Shown here: positions 18,841 to 29,032 of the stretch, one piece after another
Position numbering within the stretch: the first letter of the stretch is position 1
Layout of the letters: every line of letters begins with the position of its first letter
From: Spirochaetia bacterium
GTDB lineage: Bacteria > Spirochaetota > Spirochaetia > CADAEX01
Direction of reading: 5' to 3'
Assembly (NCBI GenBank): GCA_045606105.1
Contig: JAZURI010000011.1
Location: 1-64,000 of the forward strand
DNA length: 64,000 bases
Program-made: the position numbers and the translations under genes
Notes under the pieces: generated by a model
Told to the model about the DNA's origin: nothing
What the model saw: only the letters and a program-made list of their open reading frames with translations
The model's database searches: none

Positions 18841-20871
18841 ATGTCTTTGAAGAACATGCGGAATATCGGCATCATGGCCCATATTGATGCGGGAAAAACA
18901 ACTACAACCGAACGCATTCTTTTCTATACGGGAGAGAACCACAAGATCGGAGAGGTTGACAACGGCGATGCCACAATGGACTGGATGGAGCAGGAGCAGG
19001 ACAGAGGAATTACAATTACCTCCGCCGCCACCACCTGTTACTGGAAGGATCATCAGATAAATATCATAGATACCCCGGGCCACGTGGACTTTACCGCCGA
19101 GGTAGAGCGTTCGCTGCGTGTTCTTGACGGAGGCGTTGCGGTTTTCTGTGCGGTGGGCGGTGTTGAACCGCAGTCTGAAACCGTATGGAAACAGGCTGAA
19201 AAATACAAGGTTCCGAGAATTGCCTTCATCAACAAGATGGACAGGATGGGAGCCGATTTCTTTGCGGCAGTGGAAGATATCAGGACAAAGCTGGGGGCAA
19301 ATCCTGTTCCCCTTTTCATCCCTATAGGAAGCGAAAGTGAATTTGAAGGGGTAATCGATATACTCAACATGAAGGAAATCCGCTGGGATCAGGAAACCAG
19401 AGGAGTCGAGATGATCGTGTCCGATATCGATGAAAGCCGGTCCGGACTGGCCGAACAGTGGCATGAAAACCTTCTGGACAGCATTTCCGCATTTTCTGAC
19501 GAAATAACAGAGCTTTATCTTTCAGGTGAAGAGATTTCCGTTGAAATGCTCAAGGCTGTTCTCAGGGAGGAAACCATTAAGGGAAACATGCTGCCGGTTT
19601 TTGTGGGTGCATCTCTCAAGAACTGCGGAATCCAGTGTCTTCTGGATGGAGTTGTTGATTATCTTCCGTCACCGGACGAAATGCCGCCTGCAGTTGCCAT
19701 TCATGCAAAGAAGGGAGATGAAATTTCAGTTCCTTGTGACAAGGAGGGCAGACCTCTGGGTCTTGTATTCAAGATTCAGTCCGACAGGGAGGCCGGTTCT
19801 CTCTGCTTTATCAGAATGTACTCCGGAACCATTACCAACGGTACCGCAGTTCTCAATATAAGCAAGAATAAAAGAGAAAGAATCACCAGACTTTTCAGGA
19901 TGCATGCAAACAAGCAGGAAGCTGTTGATTCCCTTTCTGCAGGTGATATCGGTGCAGCAATCGGTTTCAAACTGGCACAGACCGGAGATACCATCGGAAA
20001 CGAGTCCCTTCCGGCACTGCTTGAAAAAATCGAATTCCCGGAGCCTGTAATATCCGTTGCCATTGAACCAAAGACCATGTCAGACCGTGACAAGCTGAAG
20101 AATGTCCTTGATATACTGGCAAAGGAGGATCCGACCTTCGTATCAAAGGAGAGCGAGGAGACAGGCCAGCTTATCATATCGGGAATGGGAGAGCTCCATC
20201 TTGATATCCTGGTAACAAGAATCATCAAGGATTTCAAGGTTGAAGCCAATGTGGGAAATCCGCAGGTATCCTACAAGGAATCAGTTTCCGCAGAGGTTAC
20301 CCATGTGGAGGAATTCAACAAGGTTATTGCAGGAAAGGAAAATTCCGCAGTTATCACACTGACCGTAAGACCGGCCGGAAGAGGAGGCGAAAACAGCTTC
20401 TCCGTAGCCGATTCCATAAAGAAAAAGCTTCCTGCCCAGTTTGTGGAGGCAGTAAGACGGGGTGTTACAGGCAGCTTTACTTCAGGCTCCCTTTTCGGTT
20501 ATCCGATGGTGGAGACAGAGGTTATCCTTTCAGATGCCCAGTACGACGAGCTTACAGCTTCGGAATTTGCATATGAGGCTGCAGGTGCCATGGGATTTGA
20601 CAATGCATGCAGAAAGGCTTCTCCTGTAAAGCTGGAGCCTATAATGAATGTGGATATTGCTACTCCTAAGGAATATATCGGAGAGGTCATCAGCAATGTG
20701 ACAGCCAGGGGAGGACTTGTGGAAAGTCTGGAGAGCAGACCGGGAAGCGAGCATATCAAGGCTCAGGCTGCCCTTGCCAGAATGTTTGGTTATTCCACTA
20801 CCCTGAGAAGCTTAACCCAGGGCAGAGGAACCTTCTCTCTTGCATTTTCTCATTTTGCAAAAGCGGACTGA
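18841..20871 (+). CDS. fusA: Elongation factor G paralogue (EF-G2/recycling type)
   Basis: [33 protein letters not shown]; outside the str operon; divergent domain IV. Confidence 0.93.
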   Translation: MSLKNMRNIGIMAHIDAGKTTTTERILFYTGENHKIGEVDNGDATMDWMEQEQDRGITITSAATTCYWKDHQINIIDTPGHVDFTAEVERSLRVLDGGVAVFCAVGGVEPQSETVWKQAEKYKVPRIAFINKMDRMGADFFAAVEDIRTKLGANPVPLFIPIGSESEFEGVIDILNMKEIRWDQETRGVEMIVSDIDESRSGLAEQWHENLLDSISAFSDEITELYLSGEEISVEMLKAVLREETIKGNMLPVFVGASLKNCGIQCLLDGVVDYLPSPDEMPPAVAIHAKKGDEISVPCDKEGRPLGLVFKIQSDREAGSLCFIRMYSGTITNGTAVLNISKNKRERITRLFRMHANKQEAVDSLSAGDIGAAIGFKLAQTGDTIGNESLPALLEKIEFPEPVISVAIEPKTMSDRDKLKNVLDILAKEDPTFVSKESEETGQLIISGMGELHLDILVTRIIKDFKVEANVGNPQVSYKESVSAEVTHVEEFNKVIAGKENSAVITLTVRPAGRGGENSFSVADSIKKKLPAQFVEAVRRGVTGSFTSGSLFGYPMVETEVILSDAQYDELTASEFAYEAAGAMGFDNACRKASPVKLEPIMNVDIATPKEYIGEVISNVTARGGLVESLESRPGSEHIKAQAALARMFGYSTTLRSLTQGRGTFSLAFSHFAKAD

Positions 20872-20889
20872 TATCTGCCCGGGCAGGTA

Positions 20890-21522
20890 TCATACCATCT
20901 TTTCAAGAACACCCAGGTCCTGAATGATGAAAAGAGGAAGTGTGTCGATATCAATGGCCACTTCCACAATATTCTTTCCCTGAGCCCTGTAGAACTCGAT
21001 AAGAGGGAATGTCTGGTCGTAGAAGATTTCAATTTTCTTCTTTACTTCCTCGTATGAATCATCAATTCTGTCTGTTCTGTCTCCGCCGCAGTTGTACTTG
21101 ATTCTTTCATGGGCAACTCCCGGAGGACAGTTAAGGAAAACAATGAACTTTATATCCACTATATCGGAAAGAGCATTGGCCTGACCGAGATGTCTCGGAA
21201 GCCCGTTGAGTACGATAACATCATCCTCATCTTCGCCGATCTTTCTTGTTTCGATAAAATTAAGAAGAAGCTTCTGTGCAATCGGGAAATCCTTATCCTC
21301 AAGAAGCTCGTTGTTTTCAAGAATACTTTTGATTCTGGCCTTTTCTTCAGCATCAAGAACTGTGGACTCATCCTTTACAGCCTGACGGAGCTGCTCACCG
21401 AAATCAAAATGAAAATAATTGTTCCACCACAGATCCATGACTTCCATCTGCTGTCCCAGCGGTGTCTTTCCGGCTCCGGTAGCACCGAGAAGAAGCATAG
21501 CCTTATATTTTTTTCCTGCCAT
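20890..21522 (-). CDS. Adenylate/nucleoside monophosphate kinase-like protein
   Basis: P-loop GATGAGKT, FGEQLR, NGLPR (cf. DGFPR), R.DD short lid. Confidence 0.75.
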   Translation of the reverse strand: MAGKKYKAMLLLGATGAGKTPLGQQMEVMDLWWNNYFHFDFGEQLRQAVKDESTVLDAEEKARIKSILENNELLEDKDFPIAQKLLLNFIETRKIGEDEDDVIVLNGLPRHLGQANALSDIVDIKFIVFLNCPPGVAHERIKYNCGGDRTDRIDDSYEEVKKKIEIFYDQTFPLIEFYRAQGKNIVEVAIDIDTLPLFIIQDLGVLEKMV

Positions 21523-21534
21523 TTTTTTCTCCTT

Positions 21535-22332
21535 TTATTCTGTAATAAGTTTATATAAATCAGCTCTCCTGTCCTCAAATAGATCACACAGAGGAGTAAG
21601 ACGCTTATTTAATGCAGTTTCAGGCTCGATATCCACACAGAAGATTCCTGTGTCATCTGCTCCGGCAGAAAGAATAACCTCTCCGAAGGGATTGACTACC
21701 CTGCTGCAGCCCGAATATGAAAGGGATTTTCCGCCCCGGTTTTCGGTTCCGCACCGATTGGCAAGTATCCAGTAAACCCTGTTTTCCAGTGCCCTTGAGC
21801 AGGAGGTAATCTGTGCATAACGGGGAAGGACCAGATTTGCAGGATGACATATAACCTGAACACCCTGAAGCGCAAGGGATCTGGCTGACTCAGGAAACAT
21901 ATGGTCAAAGCAGATAAGAATCCCGATCTTTACCCCATTTATTTCAAAAATGGGAAAACCCTTGTCTCCCGGTCTGAAATAGAGCTTTTCCTCATTGAAA
22001 AGATGATTTTTCCTGTAGGTTTCAACCCTGCCGTCTGGTGTTGCCAGAAGAGCGGAATTGTAGTATATATCCCCAACCTTCTCCCCGAATCCTGCAATTA
22101 CTGCAGTTCCTGTTTCCCGGGCAACGGCAGACAATGTACCGGATATGAGCCCCGGAACCGTATCGGAGGTTTTCTCAACCTCGCCGCGCTCAAGAAAAAG
22201 ATATCCGGAAAAGGCAAGCTCCGGGAAAACCATGAGATCGGCACCCGACTTTCTTACAGCTTCGGTTATCTCTTCAAGATTCTTTTTTACATTCCCGAAT
22301 TCGGGACAGAACTGGTAAAATCCTACTTTCAT
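21535..22332 (-). CDS. Carbon-nitrogen hydrolase (nitrilase superfamily)
   Basis: E-K-C triad motifs VFPEL, YRKNHL, ICFD; start MKVGFYQF with promoter TTGCAA-17-TATATT upstream. Confidence 0.92.
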   Translation of the reverse strand: MKVGFYQFCPEFGNVKKNLEEITEAVRKSGADLMVFPELAFSGYLFLERGEVEKTSDTVPGLISGTLSAVARETGTAVIAGFGEKVGDIYYNSALLATPDGRVETYRKNHLFNEEKLYFRPGDKGFPIFEINGVKIGILICFDHMFPESARSLALQGVQVICHPANLVLPRYAQITSCSRALENRVYWILANRCGTENRGGKSLSYSGCSRVVNPFGEVILSAGADDTGIFCVDIEPETALNKRLTPLCDLFEDRRADLYKLITE

Positions 22333-22440
22333 TTTTTCATCCGTTGCTTTTAATATACCCATAACATTGCTGTTTTGCAAGCAATATTATTTTATATGAC
22401 CTTGAGTTTTCCCACAACTATCGGTATACTTTCAGCAGTT

Positions 22441-23604
22441 ATGGAAATTTATCTCGACTGGGCTGCAACAGCAGTACCTGACCCCGAAATCTGCAGCAGA
22501 TGTTATCAGATATCAACGGAATTCTACGGAAACCCATCCTCGGTCCACAAGACAGGACAGAAGGCCAGGGAGCTTCTGGAGGAGGCCAGGGAACGGTGTG
22601 CGGCTGCTCTGGGTGTAAAAAGCGGAGAAATTATTTTTACCTCCGGAGGAACCGAAAGCAACAACATGCTTCTCCTTTCCTATCTCAGAAAGCCTTCAAG
22701 AGGAACAGTACTTATTTCAGCCATTGAGCATCCGGCAGTTCTAGAACCGGCGGCGGTACTGGCTGAAGCGGGATACAAGGTCAGGTTCATAAAGCCTGAT
22801 ACCGACGGCGTAGTCAGGGTCCGGAACCTGAGCAGGCTTCTGGATGAGGATGTCAGACTGGTTTCCGTCATGGCGGTAAACAATGAAACAGGGGCGGTTC
22901 AGCCTGTAAAGGAGCTGGCAGAGGCAGTAAAAAGCTTTGCCGCCGTAAAAGGGAGAAAAATCCATTTTCACTGCGATGCGGTACAGGGAACCGGAAAGGT
23001 TGAAATAGACTTTGCAGATCCCAACATCAGTTCCTTTTCCATAAGTGCCCATAAGCTGAGAGGACCCAGAGGAGCAGGAATCCTGGTACTGAAAAACAAT
23101 ATCCAGCCTGTTGTCAGAGGCGGCGGTCAGGAAAACGGCCTGAGACCGGGAACAGAAAACATTCCGGCCATATACGGTCTCACCGAGGCCCTGGAAAAAG
23201 CAATGGGCAATCTTGAGACAAACCGGGAAAAAGGGGCAGAGCTTTCCGATTATCTTCTGGAAAGACTGGCAGAAAAAGGCTGTACCGTTATTCCTGAAAA
23301 CAGGAAGCCCGGAGACAGAAGCTATTCTCCGTTCATTGTCTCGGCTGCAGTACTTCCCGTTCCGGCAGAGGTAATGGCCAGGGCATTGGATGACATGGGT
23401 TTTCGTGTGGGAACCGGCTCCGCATGCTCAAACAGGAAGAAGGGGCAGTCAAAAACCCTGGAGGCCATGAGGGTTCCCGACGATATTTCCTATTCCAGAA
23501 TAAGGATTTCCATAGGGGAAACCACCACAAAAGAAGAAATAACAGCTTTTACGGAAGCACTCGATAAAGCAAGCAAAATCCTGAGGCAGGTAACAAATGG
23601 GTAA
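22441..23604 (+). CDS. iscS: Cysteine desulfurase (IscS/NifZ-like)
   Basis: IYLDWAAT, GNPSS, FTSGGTESNN, SAHK, RPGTEN, GSACS; start placed at MEIYLD. Confidence 0.92.
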   Translation: MEIYLDWAATAVPDPEICSRCYQISTEFYGNPSSVHKTGQKARELLEEARERCAAALGVKSGEIIFTSGGTESNNMLLLSYLRKPSRGTVLISAIEHPAVLEPAAVLAEAGYKVRFIKPDTDGVVRVRNLSRLLDEDVRLVSVMAVNNETGAVQPVKELAEAVKSFAAVKGRKIHFHCDAVQGTGKVEIDFADPNISSFSISAHKLRGPRGAGILVLKNNIQPVVRGGGQENGLRPGTENIPAIYGLTEALEKAMGNLETNREKGAELSDYLLERLAEKGCTVIPENRKPGDRSYSPFIVSAAVLPVPAEVMARALDDMGFRVGTGSACSNRKKGQSKTLEAMRVPDDISYSRIRISIGETTTKEEITAFTEALDKASKILRQVTNG

Positions 23605-24766
23605 GATTTATATCATAAAAGTAGGAGAAATCAACCTTAAAGGGGGCAACAGAAAGCTCTTTGAAAAAAGGCTGACCAACAACATACACAGACAGCTCGG
23701 AAATATCCATGTATGCATACACGGAAGAGCCGGCCGCTTCTACCTCCACTATGACGGAGACAGCAGGGAGGAGATGGAAAAAATCGAAAGCACACTGGAA
23801 AAGGTTTTCGGTATAGTTGCATTTGCCGGAGCCGAAATGAGGGAAAAGACCTTTGAAGCGGTAAGGGATGCCACCGTTGCAATCACAGACAAGATCATGG
23901 CTGAAAACAACTGCAGAAGCTTCAAGATCAAGTCCATGAGAGCAGACAAAAGCTTTCCGATGTCATCCTATCAGCTTTCCTGTGAGCTGGGCGGTGCGGT
24001 GCTGGACAAATACCCGGACCTGAAGGTGGACCTTAACCATCCGGACTTTTCCGTTACAGCCGAAATAAGGGACAAGGCCTTTATTTACGGACCCGATACA
24101 AAGGGACTCTGCGGATTGCCTACCGGAGTTGCAGGCCGCGGTATTCTTCTCCTTTCGGGAGGAATCGATTCTCCGGTTGCTGGCTATATGATGGCCAAAA
24201 GAGGACTGGCGCTGGAGGCTGCCTATTTCCACACATATCCCTATACATCAGACAAATCCCTGGACAAGGTAAAGAAGCTGGCAGAGATACTTGCCGGATA
24301 CATGCCCGGAATCAAGCTACATGTAATCAATTATACACCGGTACAGACCCATATTTCTGAAAACTGCAGACCTAATGAGGCAACTCTCCTTTCGAGGGCG
24401 GCAATGATGAAAATTTCCCATTTTCTGGCAGAAAAAAGGGACTGCAACTCCCTTATCACGGGAGAAAGCCTGAGTCAGGTTGCCAGCCAGACTGCAGAAA
24501 GCCTCAGATTTACAGGCTCAGTTACAGATTATCCTATTTTCAGGCCTCTTATCGGCATGGACAAGGAAGAAATCACAGCAATAGCAAAAAAAATCGGGAC
24601 ATATGAGACATCCATTCTTCCTTATGATGACTGCTGTTCCCTCTTTGCCCCTGAATTCCCTCTGACAAAGCCGGTATTTGAGAAAATCAAAAGCTCATAT
24701 GAATATCTGAAGATTGACGACCTGCTCCCTGCAGCTGTTGAATCTGCAGAAATTTTTTCATTTTAA
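23597..24766 (+). CDS. thiI: tRNA 4-thiouridine synthase ThiI (no rhodanese domain)
   Basis: GEINLKGGNR, THUMP domain, LLSGGIDSPVA, GESLSQVASQT, RPL, DCC. Confidence 0.95.
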   Translation: MGKIYIIKVGEINLKGGNRKLFEKRLTNNIHRQLGNIHVCIHGRAGRFYLHYDGDSREEMEKIESTLEKVFGIVAFAGAEMREKTFEAVRDATVAITDKIMAENNCRSFKIKSMRADKSFPMSSYQLSCELGGAVLDKYPDLKVDLNHPDFSVTAEIRDKAFIYGPDTKGLCGLPTGVAGRGILLLSGGIDSPVAGYMMAKRGLALEAAYFHTYPYTSDKSLDKVKKLAEILAGYMPGIKLHVINYTPVQTHISENCRPNEATLLSRAAMMKISHFLAEKRDCNSLITGESLSQVASQTAESLRFTGSVTDYPIFRPLIGMDKEEITAIAKKIGTYETSILPYDDCCSLFAPEFPLTKPVFEKIKSSYEYLKIDDLLPAAVESAEIFSF

Positions 24767-26644
24767 TCTGAATTCCAGGGTCATTCCTTCGGTTACAGGT
24801 GTTCCCGGAGGAGGATTCTGGGAATATACCCAACCTTCGCCCTGGATTCTTATATTGAACCTTTCATCCTCGAAAAGAGAGAGAAGATGCTTCTTGGAGG
24901 CACCGGTAAAATCGGGAATAATATTTCCGACACTGTAATCAGCAGTTCTGAAAACAGTAGGTTCACTGTATTCTATACGGAGGTCTCCTTCCCTTTTCAT
25001 TCCCTTGTATGAAATTATATCGTTTATGATCTTTCCTACGGCAGGTACCGAAACACCGGCTCCTGTGGTTATATCTGTCTTGGACGGGGTGAAAACTACA
25101 TTGTATACGATATACTTCGGGTCTTCGGTAGGAAATATTGCAAGACATGAGGCTGTATATTTACTGTCGGAATACTTCCCCTCTGCAGGATCGAATACCT
25201 CGGCTGTACCTGTCTTTGCGGAAACACGAACCCCCTCCACACCGATTCTTCTGGCTGTTCCCCTGTCATTGGTTGCCCTTTCCATCATCAGCAGCATTTC
25301 ATCCGCAACTGAAGGAGAAACTACCTTGTTGACTTCCCGGCGTCCCTTTTCAAGCACTGTAATTCCCCTTTCATCGGTTACCTTGCTAACCAGATAAGGC
25401 TGAAGCATGGTACCATGGTTGGTAATGGCAGTTGCAGCCCTGATAATCTGCATGGCATTTACTGAAAGCCCCTGTCCCATGGAAAAGGTAGGCTTGGAAC
25501 GGCTGTTCCATCTGTTGAAATCATCTATTTTTCCCGGTTCTTCCTTCGGTACCTCAACACCGGTCTTGTCTCCGAATCCAAACTGCTTTATCATATAATG
25601 AAAGCTCTCTTCATTGACCGATTCTGAGGCATAGCATACTGTATTGCAAGAATATCTGATGATATCGCCGGTATCTATGTCACCGTGCTTTCCGGTACAT
25701 TTTATTATAGGTCTTCCGTTGCTGTCCCTGTAGAAGCCGTCGCAGAAGAAACGGCTCTCCTTTTTGATTCCCTCGGGAAGATGGAGAAATGAACAGACAG
25801 AGAATACCTTGAATACGGAACCGGGCTCATAGGTATATGCAACAGGTCTGTTTATCTTGGCAGGATCGTCATTATCGATCTTGGTGTAGTTGTTCAGATT
25901 GATTTCCGGCAGGGAAACATAGGCCAGGATCTCCCCGGTTTTTGCATCAGCCACAAGGGTTATGACACCGTCATCAGCACCGAATTTCTCAACAATATCC
26001 AGTGAAGCCTGATGGGCAAATCTCTGGATGTTCAGATCGATAGTGAGATAAACCTTGTTTCCGTAAACCTTGTCCTCCGATGTCAGCGGTTTCTGGTTTC
26101 TGGGATAAAGCCAGTCATCCATCTGAAGCTCCATGCCGGCAAGTCCCCGGTTCTCCGTATCGGCCAGGCTCTCATCCCTTACCCCCACAAAGCCGATAAG
26201 GTGCGATGCCAGGTCCTTTTCAGGATAATTTCTTCCGTAGGCAGGACTTATGGAAACACCTCTCAATCCGTTTTCCCTTATTGCCTCCCTTATCTTATCG
26301 GCAGTAACCATATCAACGGTCTGAATGAGAATATAGTTTCTTCCGCTTTCAAATTTCTCCATTATTTCGCTGTAATCCAGCTCCAGTATACCGGCAAGGC
26401 ATTCTGCCGTCTTCTGAGGATTGCGGAGGTCACGCATGATTGCGGAAATTTTGAAAAGGTTGGTCTGTATGGCAAGAATATTGCCGTTTCTGTCAAGAAT
26501 AGGACCCCTTTCAATTTCTATTCCGGGAGATTTGTATTCCTTTCCTGTCAGGACCATAAGAGAGAAATATCTGTATGTCACCCCTAATGTAGAAAGAGCG
26601 GCAAACGAGAAAAACAGGATAAGTATAACAAACTTTTTTTTCAT
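24758..26644 (-). CDS. Class B penicillin-binding protein (FtsI-like) with C-terminal PASTA domain
   Basis: RGPILDRNG, RNYP, EPGSVFK (SxxK), SCN (SxN), KTGT; IPDFTG...GWVYSQNP. Confidence 0.92.
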   Translation of the reverse strand: MKKKFVILILFFSFAALSTLGVTYRYFSLMVLTGKEYKSPGIEIERGPILDRNGNILAIQTNLFKISAIMRDLRNPQKTAECLAGILELDYSEIMEKFESGRNYILIQTVDMVTADKIREAIRENGLRGVSISPAYGRNYPEKDLASHLIGFVGVRDESLADTENRGLAGMELQMDDWLYPRNQKPLTSEDKVYGNKVYLTIDLNIQRFAHQASLDIVEKFGADDGVITLVADAKTGEILAYVSLPEINLNNYTKIDNDDPAKINRPVAYTYEPGSVFKVFSVCSFLHLPEGIKKESRFFCDGFYRDSNGRPIIKCTGKHGDIDTGDIIRYSCNTVCYASESVNEESFHYMIKQFGFGDKTGVEVPKEEPGKIDDFNRWNSRSKPTFSMGQGLSVNAMQIIRAATAITNHGTMLQPYLVSKVTDERGITVLEKGRREVNKVVSPSVADEMLLMMERATNDRGTARRIGVEGVRVSAKTGTAEVFDPAEGKYSDSKYTASCLAIFPTEDPKYIVYNVVFTPSKTDITTGAGVSVPAVGKIINDIISYKGMKREGDLRIEYSEPTVFRTADYSVGNIIPDFTGASKKHLLSLFEDERFNIRIQGEGWVYSQNPPPGTPVTEGMTLEFRLK

Positions 26645-26694
26645 GCAACTTTATGTTAATATGAATCGGGATTCTTGTCGATATATATAGTACT

Positions 26695-27066
26695 ATGAAA
26701 GAAATTTTAAAAAAGATCAGTTCATGCAGACCGTTTAAAACCGCACTCCTTATTGCCGCCATACTTCTTACGGCAGGTCTGGGAACAGCCTTCTGTCTGA
26801 ATCATTCATGCGGATATGATTCCTCTGACATAGCACTTCATGATGATGACAGCCTTGAAGCCATACTTATTTCATCCCTTTCCTACAATAATGCAGAATC
26901 GGAAATCATTGAGAAGGAAAGCATGAGATATGCAATAAAATCGGGCGATACACTTGATGCCATATCAAAAAGATACAACATAAGTGTAGATACCCTTATC
27001 CTTTACAACGATATTGAGGATGCCTCCAGGCTTTTCCCCGGAATGATAATCAGGATTCCGCTCTGA
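26695..27066 (+). CDS. Membrane-anchored LysM domain protein
   Basis: N-terminal hydrophobic helix; YAIKSGDTLDAISKRYNISVDTL...NDI...LFPGMIIRIP. Confidence 0.88.
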   Translation: MKEILKKISSCRPFKTALLIAAILLTAGLGTAFCLNHSCGYDSSDIALHDDDSLEAILISSLSYNNAESEIIEKESMRYAIKSGDTLDAISKRYNISVDTLILYNDIEDASRLFPGMIIRIPL

Positions 27067-29032
27067 GAACCGGTTTTCCCTTTCTCATGTGAACAGCAAC
27101 CCGGCTTCCTTCTCCGATTTTTCCGTCTATTATTTCTTCGGCCAGCCTGTTTTCCAGTTCATTGCTTATAAGCCTTCTCAAAGGTCTGGCTCCGTATTTT
27201 GAATCAAAGCCATTATCAACAAAATATTTCCGGGCAGAATCCGAAACTGAGACTGTTATCTTCTTTTCTGCCAATCTTTCAGACAGCTCCTTCAGCATCA
27301 TATCCAGGATCTTTTCAGTATCAGCCTTGGTGAGAAGGTCAAAAACCACGATTTCATCAATTCTGTTCAGGAACTCCGGTCGGAAAATCCTTTTAAGCTC
27401 GTTCATGGCAGCCGATTTGATGGCAGACCTGGATGCAAGCTCCTCCTCCCGCCTGAAGCCGGCCATGTTTCCTGAAGCGAAAACCCTGGTTCCCGCATTG
27501 GAGGTCATGATGATAACCGCATTCCTGAAGGAGACCTTGTGGCCCAGGTTGTCCTGTACCTCTCCCTCCTCCAGCATCTGGAGAAGAATGTTGAACACAT
27601 CGGGATGGGCCTTCTCGATTTCGTCAAAAAGAATGACACAATAGGGCTTTCTCCTGACCTTTTCTGTAAGGAAGCCCCCCTCTCCGTAGCCCACATATCC
27701 CGGAGGAGCACCCACAAGCCTGGAGACGGTATGCTTTTCCATGTAATCGGACATGTCAATCCTGATAAGGGAATCTGTATCTCCGAACATGAATTCTGCC
27801 AGAACCTTGGCCAGATAGGTTTTTCCCACACCGGTAGGTCCCAGGAAGACAAAGGAACCCATAGGTCTTTTCGGCGAGGATATACCGGCCCTGGAACGCC
27901 TTATGGCAGAAGCAACAGCCTTGATTGCAGAATCCTGTCCCACCACATAGGAGTGAAGATATTCCTCTGTTTTCTTCAGCTTTGAGGTTTCGTCCTCGGT
28001 AATGCCTGACAACGGAATTCCGGTCATTTCGGAAACCGTACGGTAAACGGCATCGGAATCAATGAGATTGTGTTCTCCCTTCAATGTCCTGCGCCACTCT
28101 ATTTCCATCAGCTCCTTCCTGAGCTTCAGGGCCTTCAGCTTGTCCCTGGCAATGGCTGCCAGCTCATATTCCTGATTGAACACATGGTTTTTCTTGTTTT
28201 CGTTCAGTGCATCGATCTGCTCATCAATGCCCTTTATTTCATCCGGTTTTTCCACGAATGCGATACGGCGGTCACTTCCTGCCTCGTCCAGCACATCTAT
28301 TGATTTATCCGGCTGCATCCTTCCGGTTATGTATCTCGATGAAAGGGTGACGGCAGCTTCCAGTGCCTCGTCCGAAAATGTTACATTATGGAAATTTTCG
28401 TAGTTGCTCCTGATTCCGCGGAGTATCTCCAGAGTCCGGGTACGGTCCGGCTCCTCCACCAGGATAACCTGAAACCTTCTTTCCAGCGCCTTGTCCTTTT
28501 CTATGTTCTTCCTGTATTCGTCCAGGGTAGTGGAGCCTATGCACTGAAAGCTTCCCCTGGCCAGGGCAGGCTTGAGTATATTGGAAGCATCCACAGCCCC
28601 TTCGCTTCCGCCGGCACCTACAATGGTATGGATTTCGTCTATATAGATGATAATATCCTGAACCGATTCCACCTCACGGATGAGATTCTTCAGTCTTTCC
28701 TCAAATTCGCCTCTGAACTTGGTTCCTGCCACCAGGGAGGCCATATCCAGGGTAAGAATCCTGACTGAGCTGAAAACCTCCGGGGCAAGCCCCTCTGCAA
28801 TCCTGATGGCCAGACCTTCCACAACGGCAGTCTTTCCCACTCCTGGCTCTCCGATAAGGACAGGATTGTTCTTCCTGCGCCTTGCCAGCACATGCATCAT
28901 CCTGCTTATCTCCTTTTCACGGCCGATAACAGGATCCAGCTCCCCGGTGGCAGCCATGAGTGTCAGATCCCTGGCAAAGGTATCGAGAAGAGGAGTCTTT
29001 GATTTTTCTTTTGTATTGGTCTGTTCTTTCAT
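27050..29032 (-). CDS. clpC: ClpC-type AAA+ unfoldase lacking the N-terminal Clp-repeat domain
   Basis: D1 GEPGVGKT/IDEIH, UVR M-domain, D2 GPTGVGKT/FDEIEKAH, GARPLRR; ATG 29032 has SD GGAG and overlaps the mcsB stop (ATGA). Confidence 0.9.
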   Translation of the reverse strand: MKEQTNTKEKSKTPLLDTFARDLTLMAATGELDPVIGREKEISRMMHVLARRRKNNPVLIGEPGVGKTAVVEGLAIRIAEGLAPEVFSSVRILTLDMASLVAGTKFRGEFEERLKNLIREVESVQDIIIYIDEIHTIVGAGGSEGAVDASNILKPALARGSFQCIGSTTLDEYRKNIEKDKALERRFQVILVEEPDRTRTLEILRGIRSNYENFHNVTFSDEALEAAVTLSSRYITGRMQPDKSIDVLDEAGSDRRIAFVEKPDEIKGIDEQIDALNENKKNHVFNQEYELAAIARDKLKALKLRKELMEIEWRRTLKGEHNLIDSDAVYRTVSEMTGIPLSGITEDETSKLKKTEEYLHSYVVGQDSAIKAVASAIRRSRAGISSPKRPMGSFVFLGPTGVGKTYLAKVLAEFMFGDTDSLIRIDMSDYMEKHTVSRLVGAPPGYVGYGEGGFLTEKVRRKPYCVILFDEIEKAHPDVFNILLQMLEEGEVQDNLGHKVSFRNAVIIMTSNAGTRVFASGNMAGFRREEELASRSAIKSAAMNELKRIFRPEFLNRIDEIVVFDLLTKADTEKILDMMLKELSERLAEKKITVSVSDSARKYFVDNGFDSKYGARPLRRLISNELENRLAEEIIDGKIGEGSRVAVHMRKGKPVLRAES

